The notes under the pieces are model-generated. The model was not told where the DNA came from. It saw only the letters and a program-made list of their open reading frames with translations, and did no database searches. DNA of 63,485 nucleotides, the filler included, from Ministeria vibrans ATCC 50519 (Eukaryota > Protista > Filasterea): the NCBI GenBank assembly GCA_943704425.1. It is 11 parts of 11 records of this genome, joined end to end, with 100 filler letters (N's around TTAATTAATTAA, not from the genome) between each part and the next. Parts side by side here need not be neighbours in the genome. Positions count along the whole stretch, not along the records: positions 1 to 21,410 come from CALSCP010001893.1; positions 21,511 to 22,906 come from CALSCP010002843.1; positions 23,007 to 31,377 come from CALSCP010002106.1; 8 more parts are not named here. One strand, given 5' to 3'. Made by a program: the position numbers and the translations under genes. Shown here in pieces: positions 12,354-27,123 of this stretch (its first letter is position 1; every line of letters begins with the position of its first letter).

Positions 12354-12721
12354 GTTGTGATTGTTGGTTGATTAATTAAGTTTTTTTTTTTTTTTTTTTT
12401 TTTTTTTGCGTGCATTTCGCTTGTCGTGTCGGCAGCCGCACACTGCGTGCACCCCCGCGCCATTGCCCGGGCCACCAGCATAGCCTGGGCAGTGTACAGT
12501 ACGGTGGTGGCAATGGGCGGCCCCCAGATGCGCCCTGTCGGCCGTGTGGCGTCGACGGCGCGGTGAACGCAAAGGCTGAAAAAAAAAAAAAAAAAAAAGA
12601 GAAAACAAGGACTGTGGGGAGCGGCAAGTGGGTGTGGGTGTGTGTGAGTTGATGGCAGCAATGCACTTTTCCAGTGGGAGGGGTACTTGCAAGGCAAGGA
12701 CGAGCGGTTGAGCGAGCGAGA

Positions 12722-13030
12722 CTTTTTTTATATGTATGTCTTCGCGTGTTTCCCTTCTGGGAGCAAAAGGGACTCTGTTCATGGACGCCGGAGGTCGGCA
12801 GGGGTTCAGTGTACACTTGCGCATTGATGTCTTGACCCCTTCTTCTACAATGTGTCTTCTTTTTTTTTTTCTGTCTGTCGCGCCTCTGCGGTGTTTGTTC
12901 GCGTCGCGTTCTTTACCGTTGCATCTCATTGGCGTGTGCCACTTGTTCGTGTTACCGTTTTTTTTTTTATTAATCTTTGTCTCTGATTGAAAGTGTTTCT
13001 CAACTCGTTTGTCTTTTTTTTCACTCGCAG
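12722..13030 (+). promoter_or_regulatory. Probable 5'TOP start and 5'UTR intron of RPS7
   Basis: CTTTTTTT at 12722, then a GTATGT donor at 12734 and a polypyrimidine tract with GCAG acceptor at 13030, 7 nt before the ATG. Confidence 0.55.
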
Positions 13031-13037
13031 AAACAAA

Positions 13038-13705
13038 ATGGCACTGTCTGCTCAGCAAAAGATTATCAAGGCCAACGACGCGCCCGTCGATGCGCTCGAG
13101 CTTGAGGTTGCCACCGCTCTGTTCGATCTTGAGAACAACGGCGGCGATGACCTGAAGGCGTCGCTTCGCGAGATGCACATTACCGGCGCCAAGGAGGTGA
13201 CCGTGTCGGAGGAGCGCAAGGCCATTGTCATCTTTGTGCCTGTCCCCATGATGCACCACTGCCACCGCGTGCAGACGCGCCTCATCCGCGAGTTGGAGAA
13301 GAAGTTTAGCGGCAAGCACGTTGTCATCCTGGCACAGCGACGCATGCTGCGCAAGCCGAGCCGTCTCGACGACCGTCACCAGAAGCAGCCCCGCCCGCGC
13401 ACCCGCACTCTCACCGCTGTCCACGAGGCCATCCTCGAGGACCTCGTCTTCCCCAGCGAGATTGTGGCCAAGCGCACCCGTGTCAAGCACGACGGTGGCA
13501 AGCTCATCAAGGTACAATAATTTTTAGTTTATTATTTATTAATATTATTTTATATCATCTCACTCACTCACTGTCGCATGTGTTATAGGTGTCTCTTGAC
13601 CAGAAGGACAAGAATATCCTCGACCAGAAGACGGAGACCTTCTCGGCCGTGTACAGGTCGCTCACCGGCAAGGACATCCACTTCTCTTTCCCCATCTGCG
13701 AGTAA
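13038..13705 (+). CDS. RPS7: 40S ribosomal protein S7 (eS7)
   Basis: [47 protein letters not shown]; intron 13512-13588; ends ...FPICE*. Confidence 0.98.
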
Positions 13706-13812
13706 ACTACAGATCTAACACCCTTTGTGAAACAAAAAAAAAATACTTTTTGAACTGATGCGCTAAAACAAGAAAGAATAGTTGGATCAACATGTTTACT
13801 TCTCGCTGGTTG

Positions 13813-15486
13813 CTATTGGCGGGAAAGGCGAACACAGGCGGTCTGGTTGTGGGCTGTGGGTGAGGTAGGCGTGATGTGAAGGAGGTTGTGGGACCAGTCG
13901 GGGGCAAGAAGGACATTGGGAGTGGCAGAGACGGCGGGAGGCACACCGCCGTAATGGTGGGCGAGGGAGGCGTACACTTGCGTGGCGGAGCTGGCCAGAG
14001 TGGTGTCGATGGTGTAGCATAGCTCAAAGTGGCCCGATGAACGATCAAAGGTCATGTTGAGGGGAGCGCCGGCAATGGCACGGGCGTGGGTGCGCGTGAC
14101 GCTGAGCACGAGCTGTGCGTTGGGCGTTGGCCACTGGTCCCACTCGAGCCACGACTGGAAGAAGCGGTCGGCGTAGGTCAGGCTGCGCTCGCACTCCTCC
14201 TGGTACGTCTGCGTGTCACATCCGCCGTATTCGGTCAGCATGCTGCTCCCGCCAATTTGCGCAATGTCGTCCATCACCGAGTGGTACACAAGCGGCGTGG
14301 TCACATCGTCGCAAAGCACTGGGTACACTTTCCCTTTGACCAACTGGAACGAGTTGCAGTAGTAGTGGTAGGAGAGAACAGAGCGATTGCGGTAGGCATC
14401 GCCCCCCGGAACAGCGGTAAACCCGCTGCCGTACCGTCCTCCCAAGACCATTCCCCATGTCACTGGCTCATAGAAAATAAGTGTTTCGGTGTCGACCGAG
14501 CGGATTCCCTGTGCGATTGTCTCGTACAGCGGTTGGAGGTTCTTTGAGGCAGCCTCGCCCGGCAGAAAGAGCAAAGGGTCGCGGTAAACGGCGCCGGCAA
14601 AAGGTTCGTTGATGATTTCGTAGCCAATGATGTTGGTGTTGCCTGCCCAGCGACGCGCAGACTCGGTCCAGAAGCGCACCAAGTCGTCGCGCATGCCATG
14701 CTTGTTGTCATACAGTCCTTGGTAGCAAACCGTCTCCTGCTCTGTCAGTTCATTGGCACCCCATGCGCGTGACGAACAGTTGCCCTAGTTGAGAGAAAAT
14801 GTGTAATGAGAGGCGCAATGGGCGCGCCGAAGAGCCTAGTGTATTATAATATTACCGTGAAGGGCCAAGGGAAGGGGAAGAGCGAGTCGCCAATGCACTT
14901 GTCAATAACCCACAGGGGAATTCCGTCGTAGAGACAAAACTTGGAGGAAAGGGCATCTTGATGCATGTCCAGCAGCGTGTACATTCCCTCGGCAGCGAGC
15001 TGCATTCAATTTGTGAGTGGTGCACAAAGCGATGACAACAATGATGAATTGGAATGAGAGCATAAGAATCGTACGTTCTCCACAATCGTCTGCGTGATTT
15101 CAAAGTAGGTGTCGTTGAAGGTAGTGCTCGTGGGCATAAAGCCACTCCACATCCATCCGAGCCGAATTGCCGTGAATCCATAGCTAGCGAGCTCCGCAAC
15201 GTATGTTGTGTTCAACAACACGGAAGGGTACCACTACATGGAACAATTAGACTGCTGCTGCCCTCGCTTCTCCTGCTTGGCGTACAGGAAAGCCCTTCTG
15301 AACAAAATTGCCGCCGTGGAAGATGCGCTGGCGTCCGCTTGTGTCGTACATGTACGCAGTGGTTTCCGACGCGTAAATTTTGGGCAGCATTGCTTTCGCT
15401 GTCTGGCGGTCTGCCACGGCCACTGACGCGACACACAGCGTCAATGCCACGATCACGACGCCCGTTTTAACACTAATCGGGCGCAT
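13813..15486 (-). CDS. Secreted GH5 endoglycoceramidase-like glycosidase
   Basis: Signal peptide, GRQRIFHGGNFVQKGFPWYP, IRLGWMW, LLDMHQD, GYEIINEP (acid/base), SYHYY, LTEYG (nucleophile), C-terminal beta domain; 3 GT-AG introns. Confidence 0.88.
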
Positions 15487-15645
15487 CCTAAGCGAGGAGA
15501 AACAGGAAATCAGGAATGAAGTGAATGATCACAATGATCAATGGACATTATTGGACAATGAAGCATACGAATGATGATTTGATTCTACATTGAAAACAAT
15601 AATAATTATTATTGATTATTACTCTTTTTCGTCGCCGAGGGCGCA

Positions 15646-17195
15646 ATGAGCCGCCTTCGTGACCTTTATGATGCTGATAGAGATCCTTTCCTGGCGGTAT
15701 GTAATACTTACCAACAAACAAAAACAAAACAAACACACTCACCCTTCTTTCCCTTTCTAGTCCATCTGCTTGCTCATCAAAACTCTCACGGGGGATAAGA
15801 TCCCGCTGCGGGCCTTCCCCAACGACACGGTGGCGGAACTCAAGCAAAAATTCTTTCGGCAAGAAGGTCTCCTGCCGTCGCAGCAACACCTGGTACGGCT
15901 GCTTTTGACCTCTGTACACGCCGTGCCTTGCCTTGTCGACCCAGATACAATGGCCCGTGCCACTTCTCTTTCTTCTTCTTTGTTTTTTTTCTTTTTTTTT
16001 TCGTCGCCATTGACAACGACATCTCAATTATAATTATCATGTTTAGATCTTCCAACGACGGGAACTCCCCGACGACGGCACTCTTGACGCGTGTCGTCTT
16101 AAGGACGGCTCTGAACTGACTCTAGTCACACAATTGAAAGGCGGGCCTGTCAGCGTGCGACAGGACACGGAGGTGTACGATGTGCTTGACACCTTCGATG
16201 CTGATGAAACAGACACGCTCTATGCGCTGCTCGACGACTCCTCGCGACCTCGTCCGATGCTCTTGATCGTTCGTGACGGCGACAGTATCAACATGATAGA
16301 GGTGCTTCATCGCGGTGACACACCCCTATCAGTCTCAAGCGAGGGGGACGCCTACTCGCGCGGCTCTACACCGCCGACCTACACCCACGACGATGTGTGT
16401 GCAGCCCAGGCGGAATCTGACTCGACCGACGCCTTCGGCTCAGCCCAAGACCACACTACGTCACGACCACTACAATACATCGAACGGCAAACGGTGGCGC
16501 GTCCTCATTCACCACTGCTAAATCCGACTCGATCCGCTTCGCTCAGTCGCTTCCAGGATCAACTCAAACGCCAATGCGACAATGCCACTATGCAAGCTCG
16601 CATCAAATCTATTCGTGATCAGATCACAAAAAAGCGCGCGACGGCCGCAGCAGAGAAAAAACGACGCAAGGAGGAGCGTACGGCACTCTCCGTTAGCGAC
16701 ACGGCAGCCACATCAAGCACAACAACATGTACTACACAGTCTGTGTCGTCGTCGTCGTCGTCGCCTCCTGCTCATAACAGAATACGAAGACGTGCCTCCA
16801 TGCCTGCCACCAACACAGCGGTCACAGCAACAGTACCACGGCTGCCAGCCATGACGCCAATTCCACCTCAAAAGAGACCAGTCACCGAGTCACTGCCAGA
16901 CCACACAAGCGCAAACAATGTGCTGCCCCCACTCACTACACCAACACCAGCAACAGATCCGACAGCGACACGTCAACAGACAGATCCGCTCGCGTATTGC
17001 CCATTGTGTCCCTCCAAGAAGAAGCGTCTTCCGCTGCTGGCCCGTCAGCTGCTCTGCCGCTGCGGCCGCTGCTACTGCGACCGTCATCGTCTCGCCGAAC
17101 ACCACAACTGCCCCTTTGATTACAAGCTCAACGCCCAGAGCCAGCTTGTGCGTGACAACCCAGTCGTGTCTCCACAGAAACTTCCAAAGCTGTAA
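15646..17195 (+). CDS. ZFAND4: Ubiquitin-like plus AN1 zinc finger protein (ZFAND4/ANUBL1)
   Basis: Spliced UBL LLIKTLTG..TVAELKQK..EGLLPSQQHLIF..LKGGP; C-terminal AN1 finger CRCGRCYCDRHRLAEHHNCPFDYK. Confidence 0.85.
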
Positions 17196-17275
17196 TTTAA
17201 TGAAAAACAGACAAACATTTTTTTTTGTTTTCTCTCTTTTTTCCTTTCTCTCATACTCTCTCTCCCTCACTCACT

Positions 17276-20165
<2,890 letters not shown>

Positions 20166-20249
20166 GATGCTCCAAAAGACAATAGTTCTGAAAACAGAAT
20201 AACATTCGTTTCATTTTTCTAGATGATTGATCACTTTAATTCGTGCGCA

Positions 20250-21075
20250 ATGAAACGCCACAAGACTGCGCTGTTGTCGACAGCGATCAGTACGACGACT
20301 ACGACAACAGACACAGCAGCAGCGCCGGTTCATGACGCCCCGCTTCTTTGTCTTGGCTGTGAACGAGAGCTCAACGGACAAGTTTACATTGAAGTAACGT
20401 TTGTTGTGTTCCTTGTGCGCCATCTAACGGACTCCGCATCGGCGTTCTAGTGTGCCGTGTGTCCCGATAGCGTGTCCATGTGCCTCGACTGCTTCGCCGA
20501 GGGTGTTGAGGAGCATTCTCACGTCAAAACACACAAATTCTGGTGAGTGTTTGCGACGCGATTGTGTTGTTCACTTCCCTCTTCGATTTAGCGTCATCCC
20601 GAGCGCCCGCATCCCCGTGGTGGCCTCAAACTGGGGAATGGATGAAGAACTGCGTCTGCTAGAGGTGAGAGGCGAAGCGGCGTCCGATCAGTGTACTGAA
20701 TTCAACACAATAGGGAATTGAGAAGTTTGGATTCAGCAACTGGGCCAATGTAGCATCGCATGTTGGAACAAAGGTGCGATCAAGCAGCTCTCTTTGATTT
20801 CATTTCAATGTGGAGTGTTTTTCTTTAAATTTCATATTAATTGATGATTCTCCTTATAGAGTGGCGCAATGTGTGAATCACACTATGTGTGTCGCTATCT
20901 TCAGTCGTCTGAGAGTCCACTGCCCACCTCCGAACGAATCGTACGGAGTGTATGTGGTATACATCTTTAACCTGTCTCTCACACTTTCCATCAGGATGAG
21001 AAGAGCCTGTCCAAGTCACTCACACGACCCAAACTGCCTTACAAAGAACACATTCCCGACGCACAGTCCCTCAAA
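20250..21075 (+). CDS. TADA2: Transcriptional adaptor ADA2 (ZZ + SANT), 5' part; truncated by contig end
   Basis: CLGC..YIECAVC..MCLDCFAEG..H..H; NWGMDEELRLLEGIEKFGFSNWANVASHVGTK..CESHY. Confidence 0.88.
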
Positions 21076-21346
21076 GTACGACAAAACCAAAACTATCAAT
21101 ATGAACACAAACACACAAGCAAACCAATATGAAACATGAAAAGCTGACCATAATGATTATTTCCTCTTTTTCTCTATCACTTTGATTCTCTATTCTCTCT
21201 CTTTATCATTTGTTTCTTCCTCTCTTATTATCACTTTGTTTCTTTCTTCTTTCTCTCTCTCTCTTTATCAATTTGTTTCCTCCTCCCTTCTCTCTCTGTT
21301 TATCCTTTGTTTCTCTCTCTCTCTATCACTTTGTTTCTTTCTCCCT

Positions 21347-21407
<61 letters not shown>

Positions 21408-21410
21408 CTT

Positions 21411-21510
21411 NNNNNNNNNNNNNNNNNNNNNNNNNNNNNNNNNNNNNNNNNNNNTTAATTAATTAANNNNNNNNNNNNNNNNNNNNNNNNNNNNNNNNNN
21501 NNNNNNNNNN
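21411..21510. other. Artificial contig linker (44N-TTAATTAATTAA-44N). Identical linkers at 22907, 31378, 35153, 37320, 38880, 49276, 52215, 54054 and 56703
   Basis: Ten identical 100-bp blocks containing the six-frame-stop 12-mer; genes are truncated at most of them. Confidence 0.98.
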
Positions 21511-22906
21511 TAGACGCCCCTGTCGCACTTGCCGACGCAATGCCCGACCCAAGCTCAAGCACAGACCAAGAGCCACTCACCGCAGCTCCCATCGCACCAC
21601 TCATGCCAACGTTCACCGGAGTCAGTGTCGTCGTCGCCACAATCGTCGCATCGTCAAACGCGTTGCCCGACGACGCAGCGAACCACGACGAGAACCCCCC
21701 GTCGTACACCGCCACAAGATCAAACTCATTCGGAACCGAAAACGACCAGTCCGCAAGGAACGCGCTGCTCTCCGACGTCATCTCGTGGTGCACCACAAAT
21801 GTCACATTGAACACGTCGTTCTCGTGCTTAATGTTCATCGCGTTGCCCTCCACAATCGTCTGCAAGCCCAGCACAGGCGCAACAATCGTCAGGTCGGCGC
21901 CAGTCACAGCACCCGTCGTGCCGCTGCCACCCGTAAACGTCACCTCCATCCCGTCGTGGATCGGCGTTGTGGTCGCTGGTGTCGGTGTCGTCACTGTCGC
22001 CGTGTATTCGACAGTAATGTAACCGACAGTAGAGCCGGTATTAAACAAAGTGCCAAAATTGATTCCGAAATACGAACCATCAGAAGTCGTTGTGACCGTA
22101 CCGCCACCAATGAGGGTCGCGAGAGAATCACCACTAGTACTCGTGACACCGGCATCAAAGAGAACACTATTCAACGAACGTCCAGTGAGTCCCGAACCGG
22201 GAATACTGGCCAAAGCAGAGCTAACAAGTAACTCAACATCGTCAATGAACAAACCCGGAGGTACGGCAATCAGCGTACTTAGAGTCAAAACCTCTCCAAC
22301 GGCGACCTGAACATTAGGCGTTTGCGGCAGCGAGCTTGACACAAGTGTTCCGCTCACCGACACCCCAGTGGACGCACACGTCGGACCATTGAACCCAGGC
22401 GCACACGTGCACGAGAACGAGTTTACGCCATCAACGCACGTCGCGCCATTCAGACACCCCGAAGACGCACACTCATCCACCTCACTCTCACACACCTCGC
22501 CAGTGTATCCGCTCGCACACCCACACGTGAACACTCCCGCTCCATCCGTGCACGTGCCACCGTTCAGGCACGGCGACGATCCACATTCATCCGTGCTGAT
22601 CTGGATCTTCGACACGGCCACACTCGGGATGCTCGCGCTCACTCCATTCGTCGGTGCACTCGTCCACTCTACTGCAGACAACATGTCCACAATCTCTCCC
22701 GCCACCGCGTCCGCGTTCACACGCATCTCCACGGTGATCAGTCCAACAGACGTCGATGCTCCTGTGACGCTTCCAGCCGCAATGCCTGCTCCAAGTGCAA
22801 TCACGCTCCACGTTCCATTTACACGCGCTCCCTCAGAGCCCTTCATTCCAACGCCCACCGCGTTCACGCTTGCCGCCGACACAACAGTCGCATCGTCAAA
22901 TGCATT
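21511..22906 (-). CDS. Internal fragment of a large repetitive surface protein: Ca-EGF pair plus pilin/DUF11-like beta-sandwich domains
   Basis: Open across the whole contig; DECGSSPCLNGGTC.. and DECASSGCLNGATC..; the segment starting NAFDDAT recurs 414 codons later. Confidence 0.85.
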
Positions 22907-23076
22907 NNNNNNNNNNNNNNNNNNNNNNNNNNNNNNNNNNNNNNNNNNNNTTAATTAATTAANNNNNNNNNNNNNNNNNNNNNNNNNNNNNNNNNNNNNN
23001 NNNNNNCACAAATTATTTTATTATTACTATTATTTTAGTCGGTTTGATGAATATTGATATGTTTTGACAGTTATAA

Positions 23077-26000
23077 TTATCCAGAGCAGGAGATACAGCC
23101 TTCGGGGTCATTGAGGGAACAGACCATAGCCTCCTCGTTGGACGCGGTTGTTTGCTTCACGGCCTTGTCCTTGGCAATAGTGAATGCAATGGCGTTGGCA
23201 GCGGGGCGCGTACGCAAGTAGTACATGCCTGTCTTGAGGCCACGGTGGTACGCGTAAAAGTGTGCACTATACAAAAATGAAAGCGAGATCAGTCGCAATG
23301 GAGCGTTTCTCAGTCTTTGATTGTACCTGGTAAGCTGTCCAAAGTTGGGCTGCTTAAGGTGAATGTTGAGGCTCTGGCTCTGGCAAATGTATGCGCCACG
23401 GTCAGCAGCCATTTCAATGACACATTTCTATAGGTCGAGAACAGGTGAGTTTTGTTCCGCGCTGTGCATGTCCACACAAAAATTTCGCGTTTACCTGTGA
23501 GATCTCCCAGACGGTCTTGTACAGTGCTTGGATATCGGTAGGGATCTCGGGGATGCCCTGGACAGAGCCGCCGTTGGCGACAATCTTCTGACGGAGATCC
23601 TCGGACCAGATGCCCATGTCGGTCAGGTCGGTGAGAAGGTGGGTGTTGACGACCTGGAATTCGCCGCTGAGCACACGGCGTGTGTAAATGTTGCTTGTGT
23701 AGGGCTCGATGCTCTCATTGTTGCCGAGAATCTGGGCGGTGGACGCAGTGGGCATGGGGGCGACCAGAAGACTGTTGCGCATGCCGTGCTCGGCGAGCTT
23801 GGTCTTGAGGGCAGCCCAGTCCCACATGGGTTCCGGCTCAACGTCCCACAAGTCGTATTGCAGCTTGCCCTGTGATGCGGGTGATCCCTCGTACGTCTCG
23901 TACGTGCCCAGCTCAGCGGCAAGTTCAATCGATGCCTATTTAGAATTGAGAAGTCAGAAGAAAAAAAAATACAATAACAAAAGCACAATTTAGTACCTCG
24001 CATGCTCCGTAGTAGAGAGTGGCGAAAATCTTCTTGTTGATGACGCGTGCCTCGGGCGAGTCAAAGGGTACACGCATGAGAATGAAGACATCGGCGAGTC
24101 CTTGTACACCAAGACCAATAGGACGGTGGCGCATGTTTGACTTTTCACACTGCGGCAGAGGGTAGTAGTTGCGCGAGATGATGGTGTCGAGATTGCGTGT
24201 CACAACCTAGAATAAGACGAAAAAAAAAAGTTAGAAACATTGCTCTCTTGTGCTATAGGCTGCATACCTTAGTGACGGCCTTGAGGCGATCGTAGTCAAA
24301 GGTCTTGTCTTCCTTGACGTACATGGGGAGAGCGAGCGATGCGAGGTTGCAGACGGCGATTTCGTCGGGCGATGAGTACTCGACAATCTCTGTGCAGAGG
24401 TTGGACGACTTGATGGTGCCCAGGTGCTGCTGGTTGGACTTGCGGTTGCATGCGTCCTTGTACAACATGTAAGGTGTGCCGGTCTCCACCTGAGACTCGA
24501 GGATGGCAAACCAGACCTTTTGCGCCTTGATGGTGCGACGGGCCTTGCCGGCCTTCTCGTACGACTCGTAGAGCGCCTCAAACTCCTTGCCCCAGCAGTC
24601 AGAGAGGCCCGGAGCCTCGTTGGGACAGAAGAGTGACCAGTCGCCGTCCGCCTCGACGCGCTCCATGAAGAGATCGGGGATCCACAGGGCGTAGAAGAGG
24701 TCACGCGCGCGCTGTTCGTCCTTGCCCGTGTTCTTCTTGAGGTCCAGGAACTCAAAAACATCCGCGTGCCATGGCTCAAGGTACATGGCAAAGGCGCCGG
24801 GGCGCTTGTTGCCACCCTGGTCGACATAGCGAGCAGTCTACAAGAGAAAAGGAAAAGTTGAGAAGGAAAAATGAGTGTGAACGTGTTTTGTGTGTGGTGG
24901 ATACGTTGTTGAAGACACGGAGCATGGGCACAATGCCGTTGGACTGGCCATTGGTGCCAGCAATGTACGAGCCTGAGGCACGGATGTTGTGGCACGACAG
25001 ACCAATGCCGCCGGCCGTCTTGCTGATCTGTGCGCACTGCTTGAGTGTCTCGTAGATGCCCTCGATCGAGTCATCGGCCATGGTCAGCAGAAAGCAACTG
25101 TAAGGAAAAGAGAAAGGAGAGTGAGACAAAACTGTTTGGTGTGGGGTGGTGTGTCATACCTGCTCATCTGAGGTTGAGGAGTGCCAGCGTTGAAGAGAGT
25201 GGGCGAAGCGTGAGTGAACCAGCGCTCCGACAGCAGATTGTACGTCTCGATGACGCGCTCAATGTCACGTCCGTGGACGCCCACGGCAACGCGCATGAGC
25301 ATCTGTTGAGGACGCTCGCAAATCTTGCCGTTGATCTTGAGAAGGTAAGAACGCTCGAGAGTCTTGAATCCGAAAAACTGCGCAACAAAAAGAAAACACA
25401 ACGAGTCAAATTGGGATCGTTGATTTCTCCACGCCTGAATAATGAGTTTACGTTGTAGGAAAAGTCACGGTCGTAGACGATGGCCGAGTCGAGGCGGTCG
25501 GCGTTCTCCATGACAATGTCGTAGCAATCCTTGGAGACCATGGCGGACGACTTGCCTGTCTTGGGGTTGACCCATTTGTACATGTCACTGATGACGGCGG
25601 AGAACTACAGATAGACAAAAAAGAAGAATGAGCTACGTGTCTAGCTGGGAGGGTGTGCGTCCCATTCGCGTTACCTGCTTCTTGGTTTGCTTGTGCAGGT
25701 TGGAGACGGAGATGCGTGCAGCGAGTGTGGCAAAGTCAGGATGGCGTGTGGTCTGGTTGGCGGCAATCTCGGCCGCGAGGGTGTCCAGCTGGGTGGTTGT
25801 CACACCGTTGAAGACTCCTTGGATCACCTAATCAATGTGGGAGAGAGAGAGAGAAAAGAAAGTAAGATGTAAAAAAAAAAAACCGTTTTTTTTTCGCGCT
25901 CTTTTCAGAGACGTTTCGTCAAGAAGAGACGCGAACGTCACGAAAAAACGGATGGAGAGATGGAAGTTGATCGCATGGAGGGAGCGGAAGGATGGGAGCG

Positions 26001-26603
26001 AGTTGAAAAGGGACACGGAGGAAACACGTCAATGACACAATCGCGACAACACAGCAAAGAGAATAAATCGAGTTGTCACCTTCTGCGCAATGAGGACGGG
26101 CTCGACGTAGTCGGGGTTGAGGCCGTAGCAGAGTTTGACAATGCGGCTGGTAATCTTGTCGAAGTGAACAGGCTGGCTTCTACAGGAGGTCGAGAGAGAA
26201 CGTTTGTTAGAGATGGCTCGTGAAGAAAAAAAAAAAACGTCAACTTTCAACGGTCGTCGATGAGAGAAACACGGAGAGACGCCGCGGACGGAAGGAAGTG
26301 GGATATATATCGACAATAATGCGAATGTGAGCGGCGGCTGGAACGCGCAGGCTTGCGATCGTGCGCTGAGGACAGTTGTTGATGAACTCTTTTTATTTTC
26401 CCGCCAAAACTTAAAAAAAACGCCACGTTTGCGACGAGTTGCGGTGGTTCTTACCTTCCATCACTGTAAGCGTCGAATAGAACAGGGAGGCGCAAGGAAG
26501 GAGAGGGAGGAGAGAGAGGCGATCATAGCGGAAGGAGAAGTCAGTGATCCGTTTCTGGTGAAGACGCCTTGATTTGGGTGGTGTACCGCTTGACGACGAA
26601 CAT
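23077..26603 (-). CDS. RRM1: Ribonucleoside-diphosphate reductase large subunit (class Ia)
   Basis: ATP cone [59 protein letters not shown]-terminal CISCSG*; many introns. Confidence 0.98.
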
Positions 26604-26848
26604 GTTGAGTAGGTGTATGTGTGTGGGGGGTTTAGGGGAAAAGATGAATAGAAAAAGAGTGAAGGATGATGAATGATCAGAAGAAATGAAAATTTTGTTT
26701 TTGAACTTGGCGCGCAAACTGCAAACGTTTAAAATCCAAAAGCGTCGTTTGTTTGTTTGTTTGGGGCGATTCCAGTAGAAGAAAGAAGCGGGGGGAACGA
26801 TGACATTGTTCTGTTATTTGTTCATATTGGATAGATGACTACGGCCAG

Positions 26849-27123
26849 AGCAGAGGTATGAAGTACTACTGTTCTCTCTGCCTTTGGTTATCAGGGGCTT
26901 GTATTCCCCAGGGCTTGTATCACACACGATCAATGATCTTATATGTCTTATTTCATAAGACAATTTAAGTACTTTTCATGATCGTGTTTATGGGGCTCCG
27001 CCTGCTGCCAGACTGCTGTGGTCCAGGCCTCGGGTTCCAGTTTTAGTTTCCAGTTTAAGTTTTCAGTTTTTTGTTTACAGCTTTTGAAAAATAGTCCCGA
27101 ATTCAATACTTCATACCTCTGCT
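26849..27123. mobile_element. MITE, 275 bp, with perfect 17-bp TIRs and a 6-bp TSD
   Basis: TIR AGCAGAGGTATGAAGTA (26849-26865) / TACTTCATACCTCTGCT (27107-27123); GGCCAG directly repeated at 26843-26848 and 27124-27129. Confidence 0.8.

Noticed and set aside
12734-13030. U17/snR30 snoRNA, which is hosted in RPS7 introns of some vertebrates
   Set aside because: The conserved m1 (AUAUUCCUA) and m2 (AAACCAU) motifs and the H box are absent.
21455-21466. Recurrent palindrome TTAATTAATTAA (10 times)
   Set aside because: Always centred in 44N+44N blocks; an artificial six-frame-stop contig linker. Gene neighbourhoods across these linkers were not interpreted.
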